Part shown: in pieces, positions 12,560 to 23,800 of the stretch
How positions within the stretch are numbered: the stretch's first letter is position 1
How the letters are laid out: each line of letters begins with the position of its first letter
NCBI RefSeq assembly: GCF_006345805.1
Contig: NC_043021.1
Location: 5,890,001-5,954,000, forward strand
Direction: 5' to 3'
From: Octopus sinensis
Taxonomy: Eukaryota
DNA: 64,000 bases
Translations under genes and position numbers: made by a program
The notes under the pieces: model-generated
Database searches by the model: none
Seen by the model: the letters and a program-made list of their open reading frames with translations, nothing else
Told to the model about the DNA's origin: nothing

Positions 12560-12684
12560 CATTGTAGCTGACAGCTGTTTCGGCCATGAAGACAGGTATG
12601 TCTCATTTAACCTATTAGCCATATAATGCAGGTATAAATGAGACATTAACAAGAATATCTACGGCCTCTTCAGAGATTCTAATG
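12560..12684 (-). ncRNA. Type I hammerhead ribozyme motif with canonical core and long stem II
   Basis: Minus strand reads CATTAGAATCT CTGAAGA GGCCGT..ATGTCTCATTTA..TAAATGAGACAT..ATGGCC GAAACAGCTGTC AGCTACAATG. Stem III is palindromic (ACAGCTGT) with a GUC cleavage triplet. Confidence 0.72.
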
Positions 12685-13092
12685 CAAGTATGAGTACAAA
12701 ATCCTAAATAATTTACATATAAATATAAATATGAGTGGATACCTACTCATATCTTACATATATATATATACACAATAGTACAATATAAACAATATAGATC
12801 AATATACATCAACAAACACAATAATGTTCCATATTGAACTCCACAATCTCAACCAACATCAAGAAACCACAACAGACACACTCACACTCATGCAGGCATA
12901 TATATTAAACAGTTCAATATATAAAATGTGTCACTTCACAAAAAGCCAATAAAGTAATACCACCACACCTAGTACCATCCAAGGCAAGTGGATATCTGCA
13001 TTATTATGCAATCAGTTACATCTCTGTTTGCATGGTATTAATTTTCACAGATGCATTCGATTGGCCTATACTTTTAATTTGAATTACACTAT

Positions 13093-13124
<32 letters not shown>

Positions 13125-13434
13125 CATACACACACACATAATATATATTATACTCACACACACACATTTTTCCATGCATACATACATGTGTGTGTTAATG
13201 CAACTTTGTATATACATGAACAACTGACGTAAGCTCAGTAAGCTGCATGTAATATGAAGGCCCTGCACATGCTCCCCCCCCCGCTATATATACACACATA
13301 CGCAACACCCAACATATATGTATACACACACGCACAAAATTCAACCTCCGTAAACACATAAGGAAATGCTCCATGCTTGATCGCATCGTTTAGACGTATG
13401 CACATATTATGCATATACTAAAATATACATTACA

Positions 13435-14216
13435 CCAGCAGCATAGCCCAGCGTTGCCGGGTAGTAAGAGCCCCTAGTAGGCAATGACTAATCCCAATCT
13501 AGTCCTTTCCTCTAGGGAACGAAGGCGCATGTGTAGGTTGCAATGTTCTTCTTTCACTCCCAAATAACTATCAAACAGCTATCGATAACCCTAACCCAAC
13601 CAATTGCGTCCCCTAGACAGTCTGTGGTTTGTGTTTATACACAAATCGGTTTGCTATGTGTGCCACATATGATTTAATTAACCGATTTTTCCAGTAATAA
13701 AGTATCATATGGAATAAAAAGGGCCATATAGCTCCTTGGACCAGACATGATGCGCGTGTGTGAATTTAAAAAAAAATTCCTGCCAATTTGTGAAAGATAT
13801 TGTCGAAAATATGGCATCTTGAATTTGAACGCGCTTTCCCAAAATGGCATGATTTTATCGATTTTTCTGATGGTAAGGTATTGCATGGAAAACTAACGTC
13901 AGAATTAAGTTTCTTAGGGTACATTAAGCTTCACCATGAGTTTGTGAAAATCGATTGCAAGTTGCGAAAACTACAACAGAAAATGTGTTGCATATAAAAA
14001 GCTTAGATTCCGACCCCATGTCGAATTTATCGATTTTTTTCAGAAACTGGGGGAACTTTTCAAAATTTCGCTGCGTTAGTTTTGTATTATGACATTGGGC
14101 TATGTGTGTGTCAAGTTCATCAGAATCGGTGAAAGCCAGTGGTCAGGGTCAGGGTACAACCGACAGACACACAGACACACAGACAGACCAAATGCCGTTA
14201 TTATAGAGAGAGAGAT
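13435..14216 (-). mobile_element. Non-autonomous Helitron-like element (second family)
   Basis: The minus strand starts TCTCTCT..ATAATAACGGC and ends with the hairpin CCCGGCAACGCTGGG..CTGG, a decayed CTAG. Confidence 0.55.
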
Positions 14217-14680
14217 ACGACGGACTTCTTTCAGTTTCCGTCTACCAAATCCCGAGGCTACAGTAGAAGACACTTGCCCAAGATGCCACGCAGTGGGATT
14301 GAACCCGGAACCATGTGGTTCGTAAGCAAGCTACTTACCACACAGCCACTCCTATGCCTTGTTGACTAAATACAGAATTCTATATTCCATATGTGGGAAG
14401 GCAACATATGTCCTATTTTAGTATTTCCTCTAACCCCGCAAGGCACGTTATTACTTTCATCCCGTCAGACGCAGACGAGCATAACTAGACGATTGTGTAG
14501 CTGTATGGTACAGGAGTTCGCTTCCCAGTAAGTTTTAGTCGCATAAATGTGTGTCATTCCTCTTAATTTCTCATACTTCTGCAACAATTCATAGACTTAT
14601 GATTTATTATAATGCATTATAAGATAGAATTCTGCTTCAAGCACTCTGTGTAACCCCTATAACTTTTTAAAATTTTTTAT

Positions 14681-15085
14681 AGGTGCAGGAGTGGCTGTGT
14701 GGTAAGTAGCTTGCTAACCAACCACATGGTTCCGGGTTCAGTCCCCTGCGTGGCATCTTGGGCAAGTGGTCTTCTGCTATAGCCCCGGGCCGACAATGCC
14801 TTGTGAGTAGATTTGGTAGACGGAAAACTGAAAGAAGCCTGTCGTGTATAGATATATATATATATGTATGTGTGTGTATATGTTTGTGTGTCTGTGTTTG
14901 TCGCCCTAGCATTGCTTGACAACCGATGCTGTTGTGTTTACGTCCCCGTCACTTAGCGGTTCGGCAAAAGAGACCGATAGAATAAGTACTGGGCTTACAA
15001 AGAATAAGTCCCGGGGTCGATTTGCTTGACTAAAGGTGCTGCTCCAGCATGGCCGCAGTCAAATGACTGAAACAAGTAAAAGCGA
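14681..15085 (+). mobile_element. tRNA-derived CORE-type SINE (most abundant family; representative copy)
   Basis: A box TGGCTGTGTGG, B box GGTTCAGTCCC, CORE-like CTTGGGCAAGT, central (TA/TG)n and an AAGAGTAA-type tail. Approximate positions of other copies: 7535-7745(-), 9221-9355(+), 16542-16940(-), 19104-19503(+), 29022-29415(-), 31451-31870(+), 33322-33715(+), 34615-35003(-), 37661-37980(+), 41567-41970(-), 42645-43010(-), 43258-43420(+), 43713-44111(-), 49445-49650(-), 57380-57770(+), 58015-58425(-), 60060-60362(-), 60510-60906(-), 62744-63118(-). Confidence 0.88.
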
Positions 15086-16177
15086 GAGTATTTCCAGAAT
15101 ATTTTTATGAATTTGTGTTCTATACACGGGAATTCTCACAATCATAAAAAAAAATTTAATTTTTAAAAATACACACCCCACTATAAATCCTAAAATTTCC
15201 ACTTTTTTCGAATTTTAAAAAAAAAAATCAGAGTTTAAAACATGGACAGCCTGAATTTTTGGTTTAAATCCTGTGCTGAACCAACCTTGGGGGTATCATC
15301 GTTCTAGTAAATGCATTTATGAGGAGAAAAATATTGAAAATCATCAATAGATGGCAGCGACAAAGAAACGTGGAAGGTATTAGGTGGTCGGAGGATGTGC
15401 TAAAACAACAGCTAAATCGCTAATGTTTTTTGGCATAATTGTATAAATTCCTGTGTGTGAAAACAGTTACATGGAGTTGTATGGGGTGCTTACACCAGAA
15501 TTCTGCCCATTATAATTCCATGTTTTTGTTTTTTTTTGTTTTTTTTGGATCTTGTTAAATTTATCCTACACCAGATATCTGTCGACTTTTCTTTCACTTA
15601 AGTTGTTTTGCATGCTGATGACCAAGATTTCATTCATTTTTTTTTTTTTCTAGAAATTCTAGAAAATAAAAAATTTCGAAAATAAAAGGTTACGAATATT
15701 TAAAGTTATGCAATCTTAAGCTTCCATTGCCAACATATCGACCATCACAACAGCATGCTGTCATGGCATTTGCATTTTATCATTGTTTACTCACTTGTTT
15801 TTGTTCAACGAAGTCGCGTCTTGTCCTTACCTTCAAAACGCAGAGTAGATGAAACAGGGACGACTGAAGAAGGGGAATATTCCTTGTGTTGTATGTCTTG
15901 TACTCTGTTTTTTTTTCATTGTTTGAAAAAAGTTCGTTTCCATGTTTTTATTTTTTTGTCTTCGTTTCTCATTGTGTTCAACGTTTTTTTGATGTCTTGT
16001 ACCCATATATGCATATATATGTAGGTATGTACATATATGTATGTATATATGCATATATTATATATTATTTATATTATTATATGATCGAATGCCACGCATC
16101 CTTTCCAAGTATATATATATATATATTATATATATATATATATATATGGTGTGTGATGTGTGTGCATGTATATATAT

Positions 16178-16218
<41 letters not shown>

Positions 16219-16332
16219 ATATTTCGGAATGGTTCATTTTGCCAGTTTAGCCATTAAAATCACAAGCACTATATATTTGGTGTTACTTTGCTTCAGTGTT
16301 ATTTATTTTTACAATAATCTTAATCTTATTTC

Positions 16333-16377
16333 GGCCAGAGTTCTTTCGTCACACTCCTGTGACCGCATCAGTGGTCC
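16333..16377 (-). ncRNA. Minimal hammerhead-like motif (variant core CUGAUGCG)
   Basis: Minus strand reads GGACCA CTGATGCG GTCAC-AGGAGT-GTGAC GAAA GAACTC TGGCC. Confidence 0.5.
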
Positions 16378-16741
16378 TTTGTTTTCTTCTCACTTATTTG
16401 TGTCTCTCTTACTAACGTCAGCCATTTTGTATTTCTATGTATGTCTTCATTTGCGCATGCTTATATCTCTATGTGCGTCTATGTTTATTTAGTGTGTGTA
16501 TGTGGGGGGATGCCTGTAATATTTGTATCTTCTGTTTATATACTCTCTTTTACTTGTTTCAGTCATTTGACTGCGGCTATGCTGGAGCACCGCCTTTAGT
16601 CGAGCAAATCGACCCCGGGACTTATTCTTTGTAAGCCTAGTACTTATTCTATTGGTCTCTTTTGCTGAACCGCTAAGTGACGGGGACGTAAACACACCAG
16701 CATCGGTTGTCAAGCAATGCTAGGGGGACAAACACAGACAT

Positions 16742-16782
<41 letters not shown>

Positions 16783-17349
16783 CATATATACGACAGCTTC
16801 TTTCAGTTTCCGTCTACCAAATCCACTCACAAGGCATTGGTCGGCCCGGGGTATAGCAGAAGACATTGCCCAAGATGCCATGCAGTGGGACTGAACCCGG
16901 AACCATGTGGTTGGTTAGCAAGCTAATTACCACACAGCAATTATGTCACTGTAATTTGTTTTGTTGTTGTTGTTTTTGTTTATTCTTATTTTGTTCATGT
17001 GTTTACATCCACTTATTATTATCATTACATATGCTTGTATGTATATATAACAACAATACTAGTAATAATAATAATAAATCGAAAAAAAAAAAAATTGGAA
17101 AAAAAAATATATATATAGTTATTTATTTCTATTTGTTTATTTATCTGTGTATTTATTATGTTTTCGGGATCCTCTATCGTCATATGTTGTGGTGTGTGCT
17201 TGTGTTCCATTCTAGTTTTCTATTCAGGCTAGGTTTATTTCTATTATGTGTGTAGCTTCTGTAATTTGTCTGATTGTTGCATCTGTTCTATGTGTGGACA
17301 ATATTTTAATTTCTATGTGTTGATTGTGCATGTAAGATTTATATAATAT

Positions 17350-17381
<32 letters not shown>

Positions 17382-17585
17382 CGTTGGGCTTTTTTTAGTG
17401 TCCGTCTACAAATCACTCACAAAGCTTTGGTCAGCCCAAGGCTATGGTAGAAGACACTTGCCCAAGGTGCCATGCATTGGGACTGAACCTGGAAACAGGT
17501 GGTTGGGAACATTTCACACAAACACACTCACGTTCCTCTACCTTTTGGTGAGTCTTGTTATTCATTGAGCAGGATGTCCAAAAAT

Positions 17586-18232
17586 CACACTCTTCACCGA
17601 GCATGCTTGGTGATGCTGCTGGTTTGGTCACCTGCAGATTATGGAGAAGTGCAGTAAGTTGAGTGACCCAATATCAAGTATCCTACGCTCTATGTCACAA
17701 TGGTGAGACCCATATTGGAGTACGGGATTCAAGCCTCTTCTCCTTATCTCCTCAAAGACATACAGCATCTCGAAGAAGTCCAGAAGCTGGCTACCGCATG
17801 GTTCTTGGTCTCAAGAATTTGTCTTATGAAGAAAGGCTGAAGACGCTCGACTTTTATTCTCTAGAAAAACGCCACCGCCGTGGTGATCTCATTCTTGCTC
17901 ACAACATCATAAGCGGAAAGTGTAACCTCTCGAAAGGGCTGTTCTTCACTCCTGCTCCGGAACGTCGGCTGCGGGGTCATTCCGAAAAGCTCTATCTGCG
18001 ACTATTTCATCTCAATCGAAGGAGAGGGGCTTTCTCCGTCCGGGTTGCGGATCCGTGGGATAAGCTGCCGGATGAGATAGTGAAGATGCCAACGACTGCT
18101 CGGTTCAAAGTCTCTCTTGACCAGAAATGGCCTGAACTCTTTGCATGAACACCACCCTGTACATAACTCCATGTCCCTCTACATGGTCTTGCTTTTTTGC
18201 TTTTTGAGCCAAAATATTAACTAACTAACTAT
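17586..18232 (+). mobile_element. CR1-group LINE 3' fragment
   Basis: LVRPILEY..LKNLSYEERLKTLDFYSLEKRHRRGDLI..RLRGHSEKL..FSVRVADPWDKLP with a (TAAC)n tail. An inverted copy is at 18402-18995. Confidence 0.85.
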
Positions 18233-18234
18233 CT

Positions 18235-19830
18235 GTGGACTATACCAAGGCTTTTGATATTGTTAGTGGTAGTGCATTGTGGGTTATATTGGGGAAGCTT
18301 GGATGCTCTTCTGAATTTGTTGGGATGCTGAAGGTACTTCATCACATCATAAACACAAAACTAAATTTCAATCGGTCACTTTCAGAACCAAATTCAGTGG
18401 GAAAAGCAAAAAAGCAAGACCATGTAGGGGGACATGGAGTTATGTACAGGGTGGTGTTCATGCAAAGAGTTCAGGCCATTTCTGGTCAAGAGAGACTTTG
18501 AAACCGAGCAGTCGTTGGCATCTTCACTATCTCATCGGCAGCTTATCCCACGGATCCGCAACCCGGACGGAGAAAGCCCTCTCCTTCGATTGAGATGAAA
18601 TAGTCGCAGATAGAGCTTTTCGGAATGACCCCGCAGCCGACGTTCCGGAGCAGGAGTGAAGAACAGCCCTTCGAGAGCAAGAATGAGATCACCACGGCGG
18701 TGGCGTTTTTCTAGAGAATAAAAGTCGAGCGTCTTCAGCCTTTCTTCATAAGACAAATTCTTGAGACCAAGAACCATGCGGGTAGCCAGCTTCTGGACTC
18801 TTTCGAGATGCTGTATGTCTTTGAGGAGATAAGGAGAAGAGGCTTGAATCCCGTACTCCAATATGGGTCTCACCAGTGTGACATAGAGCAGTAGGATACT
18901 TGATATTGGGTCACTCAATGCTTACTGCACTTCTCCATAATCTGGCAGGTGACCAAACCAGCAGCATCACCAAGCATGCTTGGTGAGGAGTGTGATATAT
19001 ATATATATATATATATATATACTTGGAAAAGGATGCATGGCATTCGATCATATAATAATATAAATAATATATAAATATATGCATATATACATAGAGTGAT
19101 ATAGGCGCAGGAGTGGCTGTGTGGTAAGTAGCGTGCTAACCAACCACATGATTCCGGGTTCAGTCCCACTGCATGGCATCTTGGGCAAGTGTCTTCTGCT
19201 ATAGCCCGGGCCGACCAATGCCTTGTGAGTGGATTTGGTAGACGGAAACTGAAAGAAGCCTGTTGTATATATGTATATATATATGTGTGTGTTTGTGTGT
19301 CTGTGTTTGTCCCCCTAGCATGCTTGACAACCGATGCTGGTGTGTTACGTCCCCGTCACTTAGTGGTTCGGCAAAAGAGACCGATAGAATAAGTACTGGC
19401 TTACAAAGAATAAGTCCCGGGGTCGATTTGCTCGACTAAAAGCGGTGCTCCAGCATGGCCACAGTCAAATGACTGAAACAAGTAAAAGAGTAAAAGAGTA
19501 AAGAGAGTGATATATTAGCACCCACACTCTTCTTCATATACTTTACTGTAATACTAACATGTGCTTTCCAGGATTGCAAAATTGGTGTTTAAATGTGATT
19601 TAGAATCTCTGGCAAAGCCTTCACTCTAAAATGTTTTACTGCCAAGTAAAAATCATTTGGCACTCTTGTTAGAGATCTACTTTATGCCAATGATACAGAT
19701 CTTGTGATTCACTCAGTAAAAGACATGCAGATGATGGTAGATTTCTTGGATGTGTGTACTGCATTTGGACTCAATATTAGCATGAAGATGACAAAGGTCA
19801 TGTACACTCCGGCATTTGCCAATCTATTGA
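18235..19830 (+). mobile_element. Decayed RTE-clade reverse transcriptase fragment, interrupted at about 18402-19510
   Basis: DYTKAFDIV..LWVILGKLGC (18235-18400) resumes as DILAPTLFFIYF..LLYANDTDLV..AFGLNISMKMTKVM (19510-19830). Confidence 0.75.
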
Positions 19831-20263
19831 CATATGACTCTGGAGTCACTGCTGTTCATAGAAAAGCAGGATTTGAAGTCAGGGTCTTCTCATCTAGATA
19901 TGCTGTGTTCAGTAAGAAACAGGCCTACTTTGGAAAGAATATGATCTTAGAAATCATGCATCGTGTGTGGGCAATAAGAGGAACTATGTTAAAAAATGAA
20001 CTTCATTTGGTCACATTCCATGAGAGTGTATTGCTCAGCCTATGACAATTTCAGTTGACCCTTATAATAATAAGAATTATTATTATACCTGTATTTGTGT
20101 TAATATTAACATTGAAAAAAATCCACCTATTTCATAAAAAAGTTTGAACCTGGGTTTGCACCCCCTGAGCAAATTTTGTTTCCAGGCCACTGGATCTCAT
20201 ACATGAGAGGCCTTCAACCTGCAGGCTTAAGGCCCCGTGAGTGAAAGATTCCATGGTTGTAAG

Positions 20264-20492
20264 GTGGCGAGCTGGCAGAAACGTTAGCACACCGGGCGAA
20301 ATGCTCAGCGGTATTTCGTCTGCGTTACGTTGTGAGTTCAAATTCCACCGAGGTCGACTTTGCCTTTCATCCTTTCGGGGTCGATAAATTAAGTACCAGT
20401 TACGCACTGGGGTCGATGTAATCGACTTAATACCTATGTCTGTCCTTGTTTGTCCCCTCTGTGTTTAGCCCCTTGTGGGTAATAAAGAAATA
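20264..20492 (+). mobile_element. tRNA-derived SINE, family 2 (GTCGACTTTGCCTTTCATCC core)
   Basis: A box AGCTGGCAGAA, B box GAGTTCAAATTCC and TSD GGTTGTAAG. Other copies at about 21247-21480(-) and 35660-35892(-); dimeric copies at 40785-41205(-) and 56730-57140(+). Confidence 0.85.
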
Positions 20493-20684
20493 GGTTGTAA
20501 GCCCTGCTACCACATGTTTCAGTCTTCACATGTGTAAAACTTCACATGTGCATAAATACACTGATATATGAGTTTGTAAGTGTAAGATCTAAGACCACAT
20601 CAAGGTAAAGCATTGCAGAACAGAACAGAGTGCAATACAATAAAACAAAAAAGAATAGTAACAACATTTAAAGAGCAAATCTGT

Positions 20685-20843
20685 TTAATCAAGCATTTCC
20701 ATGGTATCTAAGATCCATTGACGGTAGTATGAAACATCAGTGAAGATAGCAGCATGAAACTCACATCCGTACCCAAAGGATGTAATACCAGCAACCACCA
20801 TGGTACCACGATCAGGACAGTACAATGGGCCACCAGAATCTCC
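20685..20843 (-). CDS. Gene A exon 6 (catalytic Ser, stop)
   Basis: TTTCAG| [52 protein letters not shown]; 159 nt. Confidence 0.93.
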   Translation of the reverse strand, partial: GDSGGPLYCPDRGTMVVAGITSFGYGCEFHAAIFTDVSYYRQWILDTMEMLD

Positions 20844-23800
20844 CTGAAAAAACAAAACAAAATTGGAAATGCATAAATAAATAGTTTAATATATTATATT
20901 ACATTAGTTATTTGTAATGGAAACCTCGTCAAGATCCAATCTGTCAAACTTTGATTAGTTTGAAGTAGATCATCCTCATTATTGTTTAACCCTTTAGCAT
21001 TTTAACCGGCAATATCCGGCCAAAAGTATTCTACCTGTTTTATGTTCAAATTGGCCAGATCTGGTCTCTCACACCAGCCCTACAATATCATTTTAAAAAT
21101 TAACAGCTACCTCATCGAAATCTCATAGCTACGGGATAATGCCTGATTAGTTCAAGGCAATGTAGATGAAAAAGGATTAATTTTGGCAGAATAATGCAAA
21201 CACTAAAGGGTTAATGTCCATTCTCCATGCTGACATGGGTTAAATGTATTTCTTTACTGCCCACAAGGGGCTAAACATAGAGGGGACAAACAAGGACAGA
21301 CAAAGGGATTAAGTCGATTACATCAACCCCAGTTGGAAACTGGTACTTTATTTATCGACCCCGAAAGGATGAAAGGTAAAGTCGACCTTGGTGGAATTTG
21401 AACTCAGAACATAACGACAGACGAAATACGGCTACGCATTTCGCCCGGCATGCTAACGTTTCTGCCAGCTCACCGCCTTCGACATGGGTTGAATGGTTTG
21501 ACACAGAGCTGGCCAGCAGGGAGCTGTCCAAGCTCCAGTTGTCTGCTGTAGCATGGTTTCTATGTCTGGATACCCTTCCTAATGCCAACCCCTTAGCAGA
21601 GTGTGCTGGGTGTTTTTTACATGCTGCTGGCACAGGTGTGCTAACACCACACTGGCACAGGTGTTTTTTAAGTGGCACCACCACCAGAAAGGACAAGCCT
21701 GTATGTGTGGAAGACAGCGATTTTACTTCACTTGATGTGTCTTATCAAGTGCAACAAATCACCACATCTTCCGTGGAACCATAGGGTTCTGCCAGTACAG
21801 TCCAGGGGCTCCGCAAGAAGTTACCAAAACTGCTAAAATCGGCAGTAATTTTTAATTCTCCTGTGCAGATATGTGTGCATAAGACTATTAGATGATTGCA
21901 CAGGGGCTCCTTGAGCCAGTGGAATGCTTCCTTGGGGTTCCGCTCCAGCAAAAAGTTTGAAAAGCACTGTTCCCGTCCCTTGTCAGTTCCTCAATGAGGC
22001 CCAGCATCTGAGGATCCTTTCTCACCACTTTGTCCCACACCTTTCTGGGTCTATCCCACCACTGCTCTTCATATTGTTTCTCCATCTATGCTGGAGAGAG
22101 GAAACTTAAGTTCAACTTGGCTTTTCATGACTTCCATCTCATAATGCATTTGCTTTACAACAATCTCCACTTTAACATTACTCTATCTTTGTCACACGAC
22201 TGCAATCAATGGCAATTTTGTTTCCAGGCCACTGGATCTCATACTGCTGCCACAACACATGCATTTGTTCAAATTCTAAATACAAATCACAACAGCTAAG
22301 CTTTCTGGTCATTGACTGTGTTTATCATATAACTTTTTTTTTGACATAGTCTTAGCCATTTTATTAAACTTTTCAACATTTACACTCATGCATTTCAATA
22401 CATTTTTACACTTTTTGTCACCTATTTTATTGATTTTTTAACAATAGATTGGAAAGATGATTAATTCTTACTCACCATACAAGTACTTGGTCCACCATCT
22501 TTGAAATCTCCTGCACAGAGATGTTGTTTTTGCAGATCAGCATAGGACATCGTCTTTTTACACTGCTCATGATTGATGACAGGCATAGCAACATGATGAA
22601 GAGTGGCTGGTCCATGTTTTCCTTCTACAAAAATAATGCATCAAAATTTAGACATAAAGACCAAACTATTTGTGAAATTTCATCAAAGATTATAAATCCA
22701 TTCCATTAAGTATATAAAAGAAATCCTTCAACAATGGCTAATGCTATGAAAGAAAAAGTGATGCTTGTGAAAGTTCCTTGTTCAATAAAAATAGACAATA
22801 ATTACTTTTGAAGTCATCATCATCATCATTTAAGGTTTGCTTTCCATACTGGCATGGGTTAGATAATTTGAAAGGAGCTAACCAACTGAAGGGCTGTTCA
22901 GGCTCCATGTCTGTTTTGACTGGGTTTCTTCAACTGGATGCCCTTCCTAGCACCAACCCCTTTACAGAGTGTACCGGGTGCTTTTATGCAGCACTAGCAT
23001 TGATGCTTTTTACGTGGCCCCAGCACTTAAGAGCCCACTAGATTGGGGATACTCAGCTGGAGAGGGTTGCAAGGGTCAAGCCTGTGTGCAAGGACAACCT
23101 TGCTTTTATTTAGCTCGACACATCTTTTCAAGCCCAGAAAACTGCCGGAAGTCTTGGTCCCCTATAATCCCCTCTGTGAGTCCCAATATTTGTACATCCT
23201 TTCTCACCACTTTGTCCCACGTCTTCCCATGTGTTCCCTCTTCAATTAGAGATTGGCATCTCTTGATGCAATTCTCTTCATTCATATGCATTACATGGCC
23301 ATACCAGCACAGATTTCTCTTTCGCACACTACATCTGTCACTATATATATCCAAAGATTTAGTTGTAGGTCACAAAAACTACAATCTTTAATGCCATTAT
23401 CTAACCAAGCATAAAGAGTATGAAAAACTGAAAGGATCTCAGTGATTAAACAAGGTAACATTTCTAAAATGATTTTTTTACAAACAGAAATCTATTTTCA
23501 AAGGATCTTAATGAAATTACTTCCTCAAGTTATGAAGTCTGTGAGATCTAATTTGTTAAGTGAAATCACACATCAAGGGTAAGTTTGTCAGTGTACAATT
23601 ACTTTTGCATATATTTTAGTTCTGGCAGTTTCTGACTGCATAAAAGACATGGCTAACAGTATTCAAAAATCTTTGAAACTTGCAACTTCCGTCTTTGGGT
23701 TTAATTTAATAGCTGTAGATAAGACAACAAATATAATACTTTTGATAACATGATAATAACAGCAAATTTATGAGCTTTATTTGCTGTAAAAGCAAAGAAT

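Noticed and set aside
14667-14922. Recurrent short ORFs ([14 protein letters not shown].., [13 protein letters not shown]..) seen many times in the track
   Set aside because: They are translations of SINE copies, not a protein family.
15825-15885. CTGAAGAAGGGG with upstream CCTTC-AAAAC as a permuted hammerhead
   Set aside because: GAAA is absent and stem I does not pair convincingly.
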